From IMG/VR virus record IMGVR_UViG_3300033069_000905, positions 1 through 64,000 of that record: a stretch of DNA of 64,000 nucleotides; one strand, 5' to 3'. The translations under genes and the position numbers were made by a program. Origin of the DNA: an uncultured virus (IMG/VR IMGVR_UViG_3300033069_000905) (lineage: Duplodnaviria > Heunggongvirae > Uroviricota > Caudoviricetes). Shown here one piece after another: positions 43,960 to 54,060 of the stretch. The notes beneath the pieces were generated by a model. It had not been told where the DNA came from. It did no database searches and saw only the letters and a program-made list of their open reading frames with translations. How positions within the stretch are numbered: position 1 is the stretch's first letter; each line of letters opens with the position of its first letter.

Positions 43960-44013
43960 TTCATCCCAAAAAGAAAGAAGGCTTGCCTCTATTAGAGCAA
44001 ACCTTTGCCCTAC

Positions 44014-44439
44014 CTAAGCCGCGTTCTTGCGCAGTTCTTCGATAATGCGCTCTGCGGCACCTTGCCCGTTGTCCCGGTTGTAAAGCCCCGTGAACAAGTC
44101 ATCTTCACTAAGGTCAATCTTCAACGCGCGACCGTACAGGTAGTCGAAGTACAGCGATTCCCTGCCTAGCTCTGATTCAGGAACGCCCAGACTTAAGGCA
44201 TACACGAGGCACTTGTCTATTTCCGCTTGCGCCTGTTCAACCGTCATACCTTCGCCACCACGCACATGCATGAAACCCATGCCTTGCTGCTTGGAACCGT
44301 TGTAAAGAGCCGCCAGAACAGCGGCCTTATTAAGTTTAGAAATATCCACGGTTTCCCCCTTACGCTTTAACAGCGTCGACAACAACACTGATGCGTCGTG
44401 CGCCGGTAAGCTTGGTTTCACAAAACGCCGCAAGTTCAA
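44014..44439 (-). CDS. Hypothetical phage protein (real start probably near 44350)
   Basis: VLAALYN..QGMG..YFDYLYGRALK..YNRDNG. Confidence 0.7.
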   Translation of the reverse strand: MNLRRFVKPSLPAHDASVLLSTLLKRKGETVDISKLNKAAVLAALYNGSKQQGMGFMHVRGGEGMTVEQAQAEIDKCLVYALSLGVPESELGRESLYFDYLYGRALKIDLSEDDLFTGLYNRDNGQGAAERIIEELRKNAA

Positions 44440-44818
44440 CCGCCGAAAGGTACTTCTTCAGGTCTTCAACCGAAACCTTGGCAATGGCGTAAAACGCGGC
44501 ATCGCCAAGCTTCTTGTGAACAGCCTTAGCGTCAACCAAAGATGTTTGTTCCGTCTTTGGAGAAAACTTGACCGATCCACCTTCAACGTTGTAGACCACT
44601 TCGTCTTCAGGCTTTGCGGTTTCATCCAACAGCGCGGCAAGAAACTTGCGGTCGACTTCGTAGTCGGCAACAACCTTCTTTGCTGCTTTTAGCTCCGTTT
44701 GAGCGGCAACAATGCGTTCTGCCTTGACATCAGCCTCAGACTTTACGGCTACTGGCTTGACGCTCTTGCTATCAACGTACTTAGCCGCCTTGGTGGTTTT
44801 GGTAATGGTTATGGGCAT
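44360..44818 (-). CDS. Hypothetical protein
   Basis: GGAG RBS, K/A-rich. Confidence 0.7.
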   Translation of the reverse strand: MPITITKTTKAAKYVDSKSVKPVAVKSEADVKAERIVAAQTELKAAKKVVADYEVDRKFLAALLDETAKPEDEVVYNVEGGSVKFSPKTEQTSLVDAKAVHKKLGDAAFYAIAKVSVEDLKKYLSAVELAAFCETKLTGARRISVVVDAVKA

Positions 44819-44891
44819 CTTTTTCTCCGTAAAAAGTAAAGTTGTTTTGAAACTATGTGCCTATTATAAGGCTATTTTATAGTTTGTCAAG

Positions 44892-45146
44892 CTAATCTTT
44901 CAATTTCGCATAACAAACGGCTTCTTGCCAGAACTCCCAGTGCGACTGCTTCACCAAATGTCCACCGTACTTGTTTGTATCGGCGTTATACGGATACCCC
45001 GGAGACAGATTGATACGCTTGCATATCTTTTCGAACCGCAGTCTTGTTTTTGTTTTAGTTTCATTGCACACGCCACTACACGAAAAATCACCCGCCATGT
45101 TTCGCCCTTTTCTCTGCTTTTCTTTTTCTCTTAGCTTCGGCAGCAT
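44892..45146 (-). CDS. Hypothetical protein
   Basis: Short ORF, probable start MAGDF. Confidence 0.45.
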   Translation of the reverse strand: MLPKLREKEKQRKGRNMAGDFSCSGVCNETKTKTRLRFEKICKRINLSPGYPYNADTNKYGGHLVKQSHWEFWQEAVCYAKLKD

Positions 45147-45306
45147 CTAAGAGTGCCGCGTCATCCCGCATCCTGTCCGAACGCTCTGCGGCTTTGTACA
45201 ATTCAACACACGCTTTATTGCCGAACACGGTTTCTCGCATGTGTGTCAACACCGCACCGTGCATGTGTTTTGTTGGTTGATACGCTTTTCTTTTCATTGT
45301 GTGCAT
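45088..45306 (-). CDS. Hypothetical basic protein
   Basis: Short ORF after a TTGACA promoter. Confidence 0.55.
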   Translation of the reverse strand: MHTMKRKAYQPTKHMHGAVLTHMRETVFGNKACVELYKAAERSDRMRDDAALLDAAEAKRKRKAEKRAKHGG

Positions 45307-45393
45307 CCCCTGATTTGAAGATGCAATGATACTACCACCTAACTAATTTGTCAATTACTGACTACCTAATAGTTGTGCAATTGACTTCAAAAA

Positions 45394-46644
45394 TCAGCCG
45401 TAAAAGTGGTCTTCGCCCTCGGCAACTTCGTCTAGTTGTGAGAAATCCAGCGCATCGAAACGCCAGTTAATAGAAAACTTTCCAGACTGACCATCGCGCC
45501 CTTTGAGTACAGTAATCTCCCGCTGCCCGGTAGTCTCTGTCGACTCGGGTTGCATCAGCGCCAAAACAACACTTGAAATCTGACCCACGGCATCCGAATA
45601 GGCAATATCCTCAAGGCCAGTGGAATCACTTTTCTTTTTCTTCGTAGACTCACGGTTCAACTGATAAGACAAAATCATAGGTATATTCTCCGCTCCTGAA
45701 AGTTGTTTCAATAACTCCACGTTTTCTGCTGCCCTGTTGAAACGATCCAAACGAGGGTTGCTGTGTTTTAACAAGTAAGCCCCGTCAACAATAACCAAAT
45801 CGGGGTGGTACTGTGCGATGAATGCGGCTAAGTCATCCACGCGGCTGTTCATGTTCCCATCAACAATCTTGAAGTAGTTCCCCAACTCGTTTTCTGCGGC
45901 TGCGAGTATCGCCATGCTGGCGCACAAAGACTCCCACTTCGCAGTGGACACCAGACCCTTCTTGAAGTTAGTCATGTCCAGCTTGGCGTGTATGCCGTGC
46001 ATCCGTTGGCAGATAGAAATAGGCGACATTTCCATCGACAAAACAAGCACCTTCTTCCCCTGCTTATAGGCGCTGTACCCCATCCACAGGTTAGCGTAGG
46101 TCTTTCCGCTCGCCGGTCGACCAACCACAGACAGAATATCCCCCCCGCTTAGCCCTGAAGTCATATCGTCTAGGTACTTCCAGCCTAGCTTTATGCCTTC
46201 TATAGCACCCATCAACGCCTTGTTCTTTTCGGCCTGTACTAGCTGGTGACCTTCTTTAACCCAATCCACCACGCTAGAACGCAAGGCGGATGATGTAAGT
46301 TTAGTCGCCACTTCGGTAAACGCAGCGATGATCCCCTTAACGTCTTTCTTCTTTAGAAGGTCAGAACTTTTCTGCAAGGTCTTGTTCAGGCACTGAAACC
46401 CAAAACGCTGCTCAATACGATCCAGATAGTAAGCGTGTGGTTCGGGTGTAGCGGCCAAAGCACCGAACTTTTCTTCCAGCGTCACCATGGACGGAAGAAC
46501 GCTGTAGGAATCAACATGGTTCTTAACGAACAGGTACACATCCAGTTCGTCAGAAACAAAATAGTCTGGTGATAGCCGTGCGTGATAGAAATCAGACACA
46601 CCACCACCCGTAACCATCGAAACGATCAAATCATGACCTAGCAT
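45394..46644 (-). CDS. dnaB: Replicative DnaB-like helicase
   Basis: GRPASGKT, SMEM, IVDG, QLNR, KGRDG. Confidence 0.92.
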   Translation of the reverse strand: MLGHDLIVSMVTGGGVSDFYHARLSPDYFVSDELDVYLFVKNHVDSYSVLPSMVTLEEKFGALAATPEPHAYYLDRIEQRFGFQCLNKTLQKSSDLLKKKDVKGIIAAFTEVATKLTSSALRSSVVDWVKEGHQLVQAEKNKALMGAIEGIKLGWKYLDDMTSGLSGGDILSVVGRPASGKTYANLWMGYSAYKQGKKVLVLSMEMSPISICQRMHGIHAKLDMTNFKKGLVSTAKWESLCASMAILAAAENELGNYFKIVDGNMNSRVDDLAAFIAQYHPDLVIVDGAYLLKHSNPRLDRFNRAAENVELLKQLSGAENIPMILSYQLNRESTKKKKSDSTGLEDIAYSDAVGQISSVVLALMQPESTETTGQREITVLKGRDGQSGKFSINWRFDALDFSQLDEVAEGEDHFYG

Positions 46645-46685
46645 ATCCCACGCTTTTTTAGTTTATTTTGTAGAAAACAATGTGG

Positions 46686-47318
46686 CTACACACTGAGGGT
46701 ACTTATTTTTTTCCCTGCTACCTTCTCTTTTTTAATGCTGTATGCCTCTACTTTAGAATTGTCTACACTCAAGTCCCCCATAAGATCGAAGTGCTGTTCA
46801 ATCAACGAATAAAACGGCTTCCCGTACAGCGTCTGTAACATAGTCAAGTCACTGACCCACGCTATAGTCATTTTGTTGGCGATGAACCGTTCCAAAATCA
46901 AATTGTATAGCTTGCTGATTTGCCCCGCAGTCAGAGTTATGCCTGAACACAGGTCGGGGATTATCAACACCGTGGGGTTGGGTGTCTCAACATAACGATC
47001 ATCCAAAGCGCTCAACAGCATGCCGGTGGAGTAAACACGCGCATCCTTACCGTTCCGCACCATGGTCGCCCCGATGCTGATAAGCTTCATTACAGGCGAT
47101 GATCCATCCGTACCCACCAGAATAAGCCCCGCCCGTCCTTCTTTAAGATAGGACTTGAAATTACGAACCCACTCAAATTCCGCAGGAGTACACACAGTCT
47201 CAGCACTCAGGTAATGCAAGTGGTGCTTCGATATGTGTGTCTGCTCAGAAATGAAATCCAGACTGTGCAGCAACGCCGCATGATGCTCTGGATCGAGGTA
47301 GTCTTTTTTGTCGCTCAT
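46686..47318 (-). CDS. DnaC-like helicase loader (degenerate P-loop)
   Basis: GLILVG, VLIIPDL, LILERF; lies between the Rep-like gene and dnaB. Confidence 0.6.
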   Translation of the reverse strand: MSDKKDYLDPEHHAALLHSLDFISEQTHISKHHLHYLSAETVCTPAEFEWVRNFKSYLKEGRAGLILVGTDGSSPVMKLISIGATMVRNGKDARVYSTGMLLSALDDRYVETPNPTVLIIPDLCSGITLTAGQISKLYNLILERFIANKMTIAWVSDLTMLQTLYGKPFYSLIEQHFDLMGDLSVDNSKVEAYSIKKEKVAGKKISTLSV

Positions 47319-47324
47319 AAAATC

Positions 47325-49010
47325 CTATAACTCTTTTGCATGCGTAACCTTGTACTCTTCAGTCTTAGCCAAACTAACGGCAAGGTCAACCGCATGTTTA
47401 GCAAGATAGTCTTTAATCTGCTGAATTATCCCCGCACCAACGTCACCTATCTCAGCACGAGCCAGCCTAAACTCCATTGTTTCCCTGTAGGCTACTGACG
47501 GGTACACGCTGAGCACGCTCTTTGGATACGTCATCCCCACGCTGTTAGCCGCATCAATGTAGCTTTCCTTCTTTGGTGGTGAAGATTTTACCACAGCACA
47601 GCCGTCAACAGCATCCTTGGTATTAACCGCAGCAGTTTTCGTCTGCTCGGCATACTTCTTCATATGAGATTCAATTTTCAGACTGGATTGATACCACGTC
47701 ATGAAGTGGGATTGGTACTTCAAGAAGAAGGTAAGTTCAAGGCGTGCGGGGAAAGTAAACAGCACCGTGTCCGTTTTCAGGATGCCTTGGATGATCCCCT
47801 TCTCCCACGCCTTGAAACAGGCATTGAACATGGAAAATATTTCAGGGTCGTTAAAATGCTCTCTGGCATTACTGATTATCTTTTTACACACACCAAAATC
47901 TTTCCCTGTGGGGGGCGTTAGAAGCGTTTCAGGGTAGTGTGCAAGGGTAGCCTTAGCCCAAGCCGAATAAAACGCCGCAGCGTTCAAGGAAGGGGCTTGC
48001 TTGGTCGAATTGTAGCTTAGGGCATGGTCTGCTAGGTGCTGTGGGGGTGCTTTTGCTTCATAGATGCCCTGTAACTCGCCAGAAGACAAAGAAGCCCCCA
48101 TCTTTGCCGCAGACTTGGGGGGTGTACTCCACGGTTTCTTCTCAACAATCACGGCAGCATCCTTGCAAGTAATTTCATCCTGAGTATCAGTGCAATTACC
48201 TTCAAATCCGGGTAAGCCTCTTGAAGACCCTATTGTAGACTCTATACCCACGTTTGTAAAGTTAATATTTTCTTCTTCTTTGCCTTGCCCTACCCGTTCT
48301 GTGTTGTTAGGGGTTGGGTCAACGCTGACAACGAAGTTGTCGGCAAGTACCTCTTTCTTCTTAGTAATACTAACTTCATTTATTAATTTATTATTCTTAT
48401 TAAAATCAATGGTAATTACGTTGTTAACAGTATTACTCGAACTGCTAAAAAGCATTTCGTGTACGAAGTGCACTTTCTCTTTTGATGAACTGTTTTTCAC
48501 CAGCCCCAAGACAGGTTTTCCGTTCAAACGGTCAATGAAAAAGCGCTTGGCGTTAAGCGGGTTGCGCATGAAACGAGCGTAGTGATTCTTCCTGTTGTAG
48601 ATGCAGACGTAGGGCTTCCCACGGAACGGGTCTTCCCCTACGGATACCGTTTCAAAGTAGTCCGTGAGTGTCGGGTAGTACTCCCCGATGAAAGAGAACT
48701 GCTCTTTGAAGACACGGGCAGAAGAATAGTCACACTTGTCAGCGAGGATGGGGATGTACTTGTTTTGTTTTTTGGGGGGCATGATGTAACGCGGCATGCC
48801 GTAGTGAGCATTTTTAGCTGTGCTGTGTTCGTGGCTAGAGAATCCCCACTCCAATTCAGCAATGAGCAAGGCTGTCTTCAGCCCCACCGTTTTTCTGACT
48901 TCACGGTGCACTACCGTAAAAGGCGTCCCCTTACCGATGTCACGTAGGTATTCAAATTTTGCTTTGGGATATTGAAAAGCCATGATTTTTCCTGAACAGT
49001 GTTGACACAA
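47325..49010 (-). CDS. Putative replication initiator
   Basis: N-terminal VGLKTALLIAEL wHTH-like segment, low-complexity linker, position before loader and helicase. Confidence 0.5.
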   Translation of the reverse strand: MCQHCSGKIMAFQYPKAKFEYLRDIGKGTPFTVVHREVRKTVGLKTALLIAELEWGFSSHEHSTAKNAHYGMPRYIMPPKKQNKYIPILADKCDYSSARVFKEQFSFIGEYYPTLTDYFETVSVGEDPFRGKPYVCIYNRKNHYARFMRNPLNAKRFFIDRLNGKPVLGLVKNSSSKEKVHFVHEMLFSSSSNTVNNVITIDFNKNNKLINEVSITKKKEVLADNFVVSVDPTPNNTERVGQGKEEENINFTNVGIESTIGSSRGLPGFEGNCTDTQDEITCKDAAVIVEKKPWSTPPKSAAKMGASLSSGELQGIYEAKAPPQHLADHALSYNSTKQAPSLNAAAFYSAWAKATLAHYPETLLTPPTGKDFGVCKKIISNAREHFNDPEIFSMFNACFKAWEKGIIQGILKTDTVLFTFPARLELTFFLKYQSHFMTWYQSSLKIESHMKKYAEQTKTAAVNTKDAVDGCAVVKSSPPKKESYIDAANSVGMTYPKSVLSVYPSVAYRETMEFRLARAEIGDVGAGIIQQIKDYLAKHAVDLAVSLAKTEEYKVTHAKEL

Positions 49011-49161
49011 TCACCAAGTATGCTACTATTCGCCCTGAAACGACGTGTGCGCTTTTTGCAACGAAAGGCGGCTTGACCCTAACCTTAACGGTAGCGGATC
49101 GAACGTGGTTTTTTACTTCTAGTTAGTCGGGATACCAACGGGAAGTTACTGTAGCACGAAG

Positions 49162-49195
49162 AAAGGGGGAACCGCAAGGTATCCCCCTTTTTTTA
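49162..49195. terminator. Terminator hairpin
   Basis: AAAGGGGGAACC-GCAA-GGTATCCCCCTTTTTTT. Confidence 0.75.
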
Positions 49196-49207
49196 TTTGC
49201 TGTGCGA

Positions 49208-50068
49208 TTATCGGGCGGCTTGTGCTTCTTCAGCCTTGGGCACGATAACAGGTCGGTTGATCGTGGTTTGCTTTTCGCCTTGGTACTCCGCGTGTTCTTT
49301 CACCGTGAACTTCAGGTCAAACTGCTCGCCTTCGTCCCCAACCTGCCCCCAATACACAAGGGCGTTGCCTTCGGAAGTCCTGAGTTTGGTGGTGTACTTG
49401 ACGACTGAGCGGCCACACCAATCCAAACCAACAAAGGACGACACACGCTCAACGGTTACGTTGGCAACCAGACGCTGCTTTTCTTCACCGACAAAAGAAC
49501 TTATAGCCGCTTTGAGCGCCTTGTCTTTCTCTCTTTCAATGGACTGCCTAACAGCGGCAACTTGGGCTTCAGTAAGCTGCCCACGATCTTGATACTGTCG
49601 ATACAGACTCTCGTAAAACGAGTTTGACTTGGCTTTAATCGCAGCAACCACATCTTCGTTGCCTACTTTGAATTCAGCTTGGAGTGCCGCCGCCGCAGCT
49701 TGTCGAGCCGCAACCTTGGCATTGTGTTTGGCAAGCTTCGCGGCATCACGTTTTGCTTGGGCTTCATCAAGCTTCGCATTCTTTTCGGCGCTATAGGCTT
49801 TGCCGTCGTGCTTGAACCATTTGCCTTTACCGCCGCAGTCAAAACACGTCCAGCCCGTATGATTCCACTGACTACCGCCACCCAAACCACCACAACGCGA
49901 ACAACTGTGCAGATACTTGTACGATGCGGATTGCCCGTCTTTAGAAACTGACAGGATGCGGTCTTCGGCTACAAGCGAACCGTGTCTGGTGAAATATTGC
50001 ATATACCCTCCGTGGTATGTAGTTGATGTAGGTAGACTACACCAACTACGCAGATTTGTCAAGCGCAA
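49208..50068 (-). CDS. Hypothetical Zn-finger/OB-fold-like protein (probable start MQYFTRH)
   Basis: CSRCGG..CFDCGG; FTVKEHAEYQGEKQT. Confidence 0.75.
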   Translation of the reverse strand: MRLTNLRSWCSLPTSTTYHGGYMQYFTRHGSLVAEDRILSVSKDGQSASYKYLHSCSRCGGLGGGSQWNHTGWTCFDCGGKGKWFKHDGKAYSAEKNAKLDEAQAKRDAAKLAKHNAKVAARQAAAAALQAEFKVGNEDVVAAIKAKSNSFYESLYRQYQDRGQLTEAQVAAVRQSIEREKDKALKAAISSFVGEEKQRLVANVTVERVSSFVGLDWCGRSVVKYTTKLRTSEGNALVYWGQVGDEGEQFDLKFTVKEHAEYQGEKQTTINRPVIVPKAEEAQAAR

Positions 50069-50482
50069 TCAAATCGGGGTTACTTCCACGGGAACGGGGT
50101 CAGTGAGAACTACGTAATAGGGAACCCCGCCCGGAAGGGAATTCCATATCTCCCGTGGGAGAAGGCACTTAACATAGCCCGTAGCTACCCCGAGAAGGAA
50201 AAGTTCTTCCATGTCCTTGTGCATACCCGTCCACTGAAGACCCGTGCTGTCTTCACAAGCACCCAAAAAGGAATAACCTCCCCCGTGTGCTTGATGGAAC
50301 GGCGACGGGAGTTGCATCAGGAAGTCATGGATTTTTTCCGTGTTTTTCGCAAGACTTTCGGGGTTAAATCCAACCGACAGGGTGATCCCTTCGGCTTTGA
50401 CGTATCCGCCGACAGTTGGCTTGTCTTTGAACAAGCAATCGAGGAACGTTTCGTTAACGGCATCGGCTTTGAGTTGGTTCAT
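50069..50482 (-). CDS. Hypothetical phage protein
   Basis: GGGYSFL..QWTG..LPGGVPY. Confidence 0.75.
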   Translation of the reverse strand: MNQLKADAVNETFLDCLFKDKPTVGGYVKAEGITLSVGFNPESLAKNTEKIHDFLMQLPSPFHQAHGGGYSFLGACEDSTGLQWTGMHKDMEELFLLGVATGYVKCLLPREIWNSLPGGVPYYVVLTDPVPVEVTPI

Positions 50483-51012
50483 TCGGCACCTTCGTTTTTC
50501 AGGGTGATGTAGAGGAATTCTGGATCAGTGTTGGTTTCAAGCACAAACTGAGGCACGGTATCGGCCAGCTTTTCTTGAAGGATAAAGATCAAATCTTCCT
50601 TTTTGATCGAGAACTTGACCGACTTGTAGAACTTGTCGGCAATCTGATTGACCAGATTTGAAGCCACGTCGCCCTGTGCAGCAAAAGCGGAATAGACTTC
50701 TGCCGGGGAGCAAAGCAGCTTAGCCAGCGGCAAAGCAAGGATAGCCGAACTGTGGTGTCCCGACTCGTAGAACCCGAACTGACCGAACACGTCAGTAGCC
50801 ATCCCCATAGAACAGGATGAACCATCAACCGTTTCAGCACGCAGACGAACAGCCACGGCAATCCACGGGTTGTCCTTGTGTTTGATGGGGATCATGAAAG
50901 GGCGAATGCTCAGCTTGAGATTACCACCCTTGGCAAAAACGAGGTAGGTGCTTCCTTCCTCAGACCCCTTCACAGTTTCGAGTGTGGGGGCATTAAATTT
51001 GAAATCAGACAC
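50479..51012 (-). CDS. Hypothetical protein
   Basis: ORF coupled to the next gene. Confidence 0.7.
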   Translation of the reverse strand: MSDFKFNAPTLETVKGSEEGSTYLVFAKGGNLKLSIRPFMIPIKHKDNPWIAVAVRLRAETVDGSSCSMGMATDVFGQFGFYESGHHSSAILALPLAKLLCSPAEVYSAFAAQGDVASNLVNQIADKFYKSVKFSIKKEDLIFILQEKLADTVPQFVLETNTDPEFLYITLKNEGAE

Positions 51013-51060
51013 GGTATGTTTTCCTTGTGTTATTGAAGTTGGGATAGTACGCTTATTTGC

Positions 51061-52248
51061 CTAGTTTGTCAAGAGATTGTTGGTTTTTATGTACTGATAC
51101 ACGTGGGCGGTTACTTTTGCTGGTGTCAGGTCAGCAGAAGACAGACCGGCAAGAAGACTTAGAAAACTAGAGCAAAACTTATCATAGTGCGCTTTGCTTG
51201 CCTTGATGGAAATGTATAGCCTCTTGGACAACTCAATAGCCGCTTCCATGCTTAAGGTGTGTATCACTATAACCTCGTCTATACGACCCGGCCTATAGAG
51301 TTCTACGGGTAGTTTGCTGAAGTTGTTGGCTGTCATCACCGTAAGAACGGGTTCCCTGTGCTCCTGCAAAAACCAGAGAAGCTGTGCCAGAAGACGATGT
51401 GTAACGCCTGTATCGTCTGTTTCACCGAACAGTTTTTCGACTTCATCTATTAGAAGCACGCACGTCCCTCTGGTTTGTACCGAAGATAGGACTTTGTTCA
51501 GTGCTTGCTCACTCTGACCCACATAGCGCCCCAAAGACGCTGAAATATCAAGGCGATACAAAGGGCAGTCAAACTGGTTTGCCAAGTATTTAGCGCCCAT
51601 TGTTTTTCCAACACCGCTCTCACCGGCAAGCAACACACCACGGGGGCGAAGTTGTGTAGGAACGTTTTTATTGAGGTACTTCAGATTGAGAGTAGCGTAA
51701 TCCACTAGCTGCTTGCAGGGTAAATAAACCCCCAAGTCCTTGTTGACTTCTTCCAGCCCCTGCACTTGTGAAGAAACCATCCACCGATTTTCAAGCAGCG
51801 TGTGATTGGTGATTGTTCCGCCAACAGATGTAATGCGTACCAATTCTGATACGCCTTTTAGGGTAAGCCCCTGTAGTGCGGGGAGACATTTAGTTGCTTC
51901 GTCCCCGCTCATGATGGTCGACAGGAAAGACTGTACGAGTGCACTAGGTGTCGGTAACTCTCCCCCGTCAAAAGCGAGGGAAGACCCTTCGTGGTTCAAC
52001 AGAAAGAGAACCTTTCCATGCTTAACCAGCCAATCGTAGGTATGCTCGCTTAGATCAAGCGCTGTATCCTTGGTATAGAAAAACTTGGCAAATTTAAGGT
52101 TGCCTTTATCCACCGCAGATGAACCACCTTGAGGCCATTCAGCCACGGGGGAATCAACGATGTGTGCCAACACAGACGATGCGTTCATCACGTCCGACGT
52201 GGTAACGGCAATAATCGGTATCCCTGCTTTAGCTACAGTTTTTAACAT
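51061..52248 (-). CDS. AAA+ ATPase (Ycf46-like)
   Basis: GESGVGKT, LLIDEVEK, TAN, RPGRID. Confidence 0.9.
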   Translation of the reverse strand: MLKTVAKAGIPIIAVTTSDVMNASSVLAHIVDSPVAEWPQGGSSAVDKGNLKFAKFFYTKDTALDLSEHTYDWLVKHGKVLFLLNHEGSSLAFDGGELPTPSALVQSFLSTIMSGDEATKCLPALQGLTLKGVSELVRITSVGGTITNHTLLENRWMVSSQVQGLEEVNKDLGVYLPCKQLVDYATLNLKYLNKNVPTQLRPRGVLLAGESGVGKTMGAKYLANQFDCPLYRLDISASLGRYVGQSEQALNKVLSSVQTRGTCVLLIDEVEKLFGETDDTGVTHRLLAQLLWFLQEHREPVLTVMTANNFSKLPVELYRPGRIDEVIVIHTLSMEAAIELSKRLYISIKASKAHYDKFCSSFLSLLAGLSSADLTPAKVTAHVYQYIKTNNLLTN

Positions 52249-52273
52249 ATCACTCCATTGAAATTAATTGCAA

Positions 52274-52678
52274 CTAATAAGTCTTTAACGCATCATCAGC
52301 CCGTTTAAGGGCATCAAAGTCACGCCCTGCCCTAAACCAATATTCAACGTGGTTCCGTAGTGCTTGTAGCTCACCTTGAAAAGCGATACGTCGGAGGCGT
52401 TCTGCTAAAGCAGCATCTTGCCACGTATCATAGCCTTCTGGGCCGCGCACAATAACGCGCAAACGGTGGATTTCAGCCCATAGCCGTGCAGGGTCTTCTT
52501 CGTTATCGGCTATCGGTGTCATCGTCTTCGCCTTCGATGTCGTCGTCTGCTTCAACAGCGCCGGGATTTTCTTTGTAGTAGGCTTTGATGCGGCCAATAC
52601 TCGCAGCGTCCACCACCATAAATTCGTTGGGGTACATGTAGTCCACACCAAGATGGATATAGTCGTCCCCCCCGTCAC
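52274..52678 (-). CDS. Hypothetical protein (probable start MTPIAD)
   Basis: LWAEIHRLR..GPEGYDTWQDAA. Confidence 0.6.
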   Translation of the reverse strand: MTGGTTISILVWTTCTPTNLWWWTLRVLAASKPTTKKIPALLKQTTTSKAKTMTPIADNEEDPARLWAEIHRLRVIVRGPEGYDTWQDAALAERLRRIAFQGELQALRNHVEYWFRAGRDFDALKRADDALKTY

Positions 52679-52913
52679 CTATATCCAGACCAAAAAACGT
52701 ATCCGAATCTTCTGTGCAGTTCAGAAAGTCGTCTTTCGCTGTGCTGGCTTCGAAGGTGTTCAAGTCTAAGACAGCGGGGGCGAAAACTTCATAACCACCG
52801 TCACCCACGGCAACCATTGTTACTTGTGCTTTTGGCATAGCTACTCCTATAAATTTGAAGGTGATTTCACTCGAATGCAACAACAACTTTGTGGACAATA
52901 CCAGACTGCTCAA
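52503..52913 (-). CDS. Hypothetical acidic protein (probable start MPKAQV)
   Basis: AGGAG RBS. Confidence 0.65.
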   Translation of the reverse strand: MSSLVLSTKLLLHSSEITFKFIGVAMPKAQVTMVAVGDGGYEVFAPAVLDLNTFEASTAKDDFLNCTEDSDTFFGLDIGDGGDDYIHLGVDYMYPNEFMVVDAASIGRIKAYYKENPGAVEADDDIEGEDDDTDSR

Positions 52914-53232
52914 GCGCTACCGCCAAAACCTTCTCTGCGGTCAAGTCGTAACCCAACAGACTGAATCGTGTTTCTTGTTCAACAGCGTCCTTTGCTTCTT
53001 TAAGCCCCAAGCCCGTCAAAGCCCGAAGCGTCTTGATACAATGAGTTTTAGTATGGCTGTTGTACAGCGCGGGAAAGTAAAAACCTTCACCCGCTTTTGT
53101 AGTAAAGTCGATGCTAGCCAGCCTTTTGAGAAGGTTCCTCTGTTGTTCCGTGAGGTCTTTGTACGCAGAAAAGCCAAACAAAAGACACTCAACGTCTTGT
53201 GGGGACACGTAAAGGTTTGGTTTCATGCACAC
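52867..53232 (-). CDS. Ribosomal protein bL12 C-terminal-domain-like protein
   Basis: KTHCIKTLRALTGLGLKEAKDAVE matches the L7/L12 signature. Confidence 0.75.
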   Translation of the reverse strand: MCMKPNLYVSPQDVECLLFGFSAYKDLTEQQRNLLKRLASIDFTTKAGEGFYFPALYNSHTKTHCIKTLRALTGLGLKEAKDAVEQETRFSLLGYDLTAEKVLAVALEQSGIVHKVVVAFE

Positions 53233-53290
53233 TCCGTTGTCTAATTGGGAACCACTATACCCCGTGGTTAAGGATTTGTCAAGAAATTAT

Positions 53291-53569
53291 TTACTTTGCG
53301 GGATCATCGTCAGCGCAAACCTTCAGAACGGCTTCCAGTTCGTTGATGTAGTTTCGGTAGTCCACGTTCTCACGTATCAGGGCGATGATCTGCTCATAGT
53401 ATTTCGTAGGAACCGCATCCTTCGTAATATCCACAGGCTTCTGTGGGTACTTCACCTTGCAGCGCGTCACCACGGGAATAGAAACTTCCTTTGTCTCTAT
53501 GATGACTTTAGGATCGCACGTAGCGCACGCGGAAAGGGCTAGGCATAGGGTAGCTATCAGATACTTCAT
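53291..53569 (-). CDS. o-spanin (Rz1-like lipoprotein)
   Basis: Signal peptide with lipobox LSAC. Confidence 0.8.
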   Translation of the reverse strand: MKYLIATLCLALSACATCDPKVIIETKEVSIPVVTRCKVKYPQKPVDITKDAVPTKYYEQIIALIRENVDYRNYINELEAVLKVCADDDPAK

Positions 53570-54060
53570 CTTGCTTCTCCTGACGCCGCTGTGGGGGGCG
53601 CTGTGGGGGTTTTTGGTGGATGAGTATCTGCGTACCGCATCTGTAAATACTCATTCACCTTCAAAGAGGCTTCCTTGCAATCGTCCGATGTTGTCCTTGG
53701 GGCAGTGAGCAAAGCCTCATACCTCGCCTTGTCCTTTTTAGCCGTGGCTACCGCTGCATCCGCTACCTTAATAGCCGCAGCTACCGCAGTAGTCTGTGCG
53801 TCAACCATTTCTTTGATCTTGGCGTTTTGAACGTCAATCGAAGCCGCCATTTTTACGTTAGCTTCAGTCAGCTTGGTATTTTCACTGGTCAACTCAGCGT
53901 TTTTGATGTTGAGGCTGGCAATCTTCTCCCCCTGCTTGGTGATGGTGTGCTCAAGGGACAACACAAGAAAATAATGGTACACACCAAACGCAGCGAAGAT
54001 GATAAGAAGGGCTAGACTCAAGCCCCCCATGATTTTACCTGTAAGCAGACTAGCGAACAT
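53566..54060 (-). CDS. i-spanin (Rz-like)
   Basis: N-terminal TM, coiled coil, follows the endolysin. Confidence 0.8.
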   Translation of the reverse strand: MFASLLTGKIMGGLSLALLIIFAAFGVYHYFLVLSLEHTITKQGEKIASLNIKNAELTSENTKLTEANVKMAASIDVQNAKIKEMVDAQTTAVAAAIKVADAAVATAKKDKARYEALLTAPRTTSDDCKEASLKVNEYLQMRYADTHPPKTPTAPPTAASGEAR

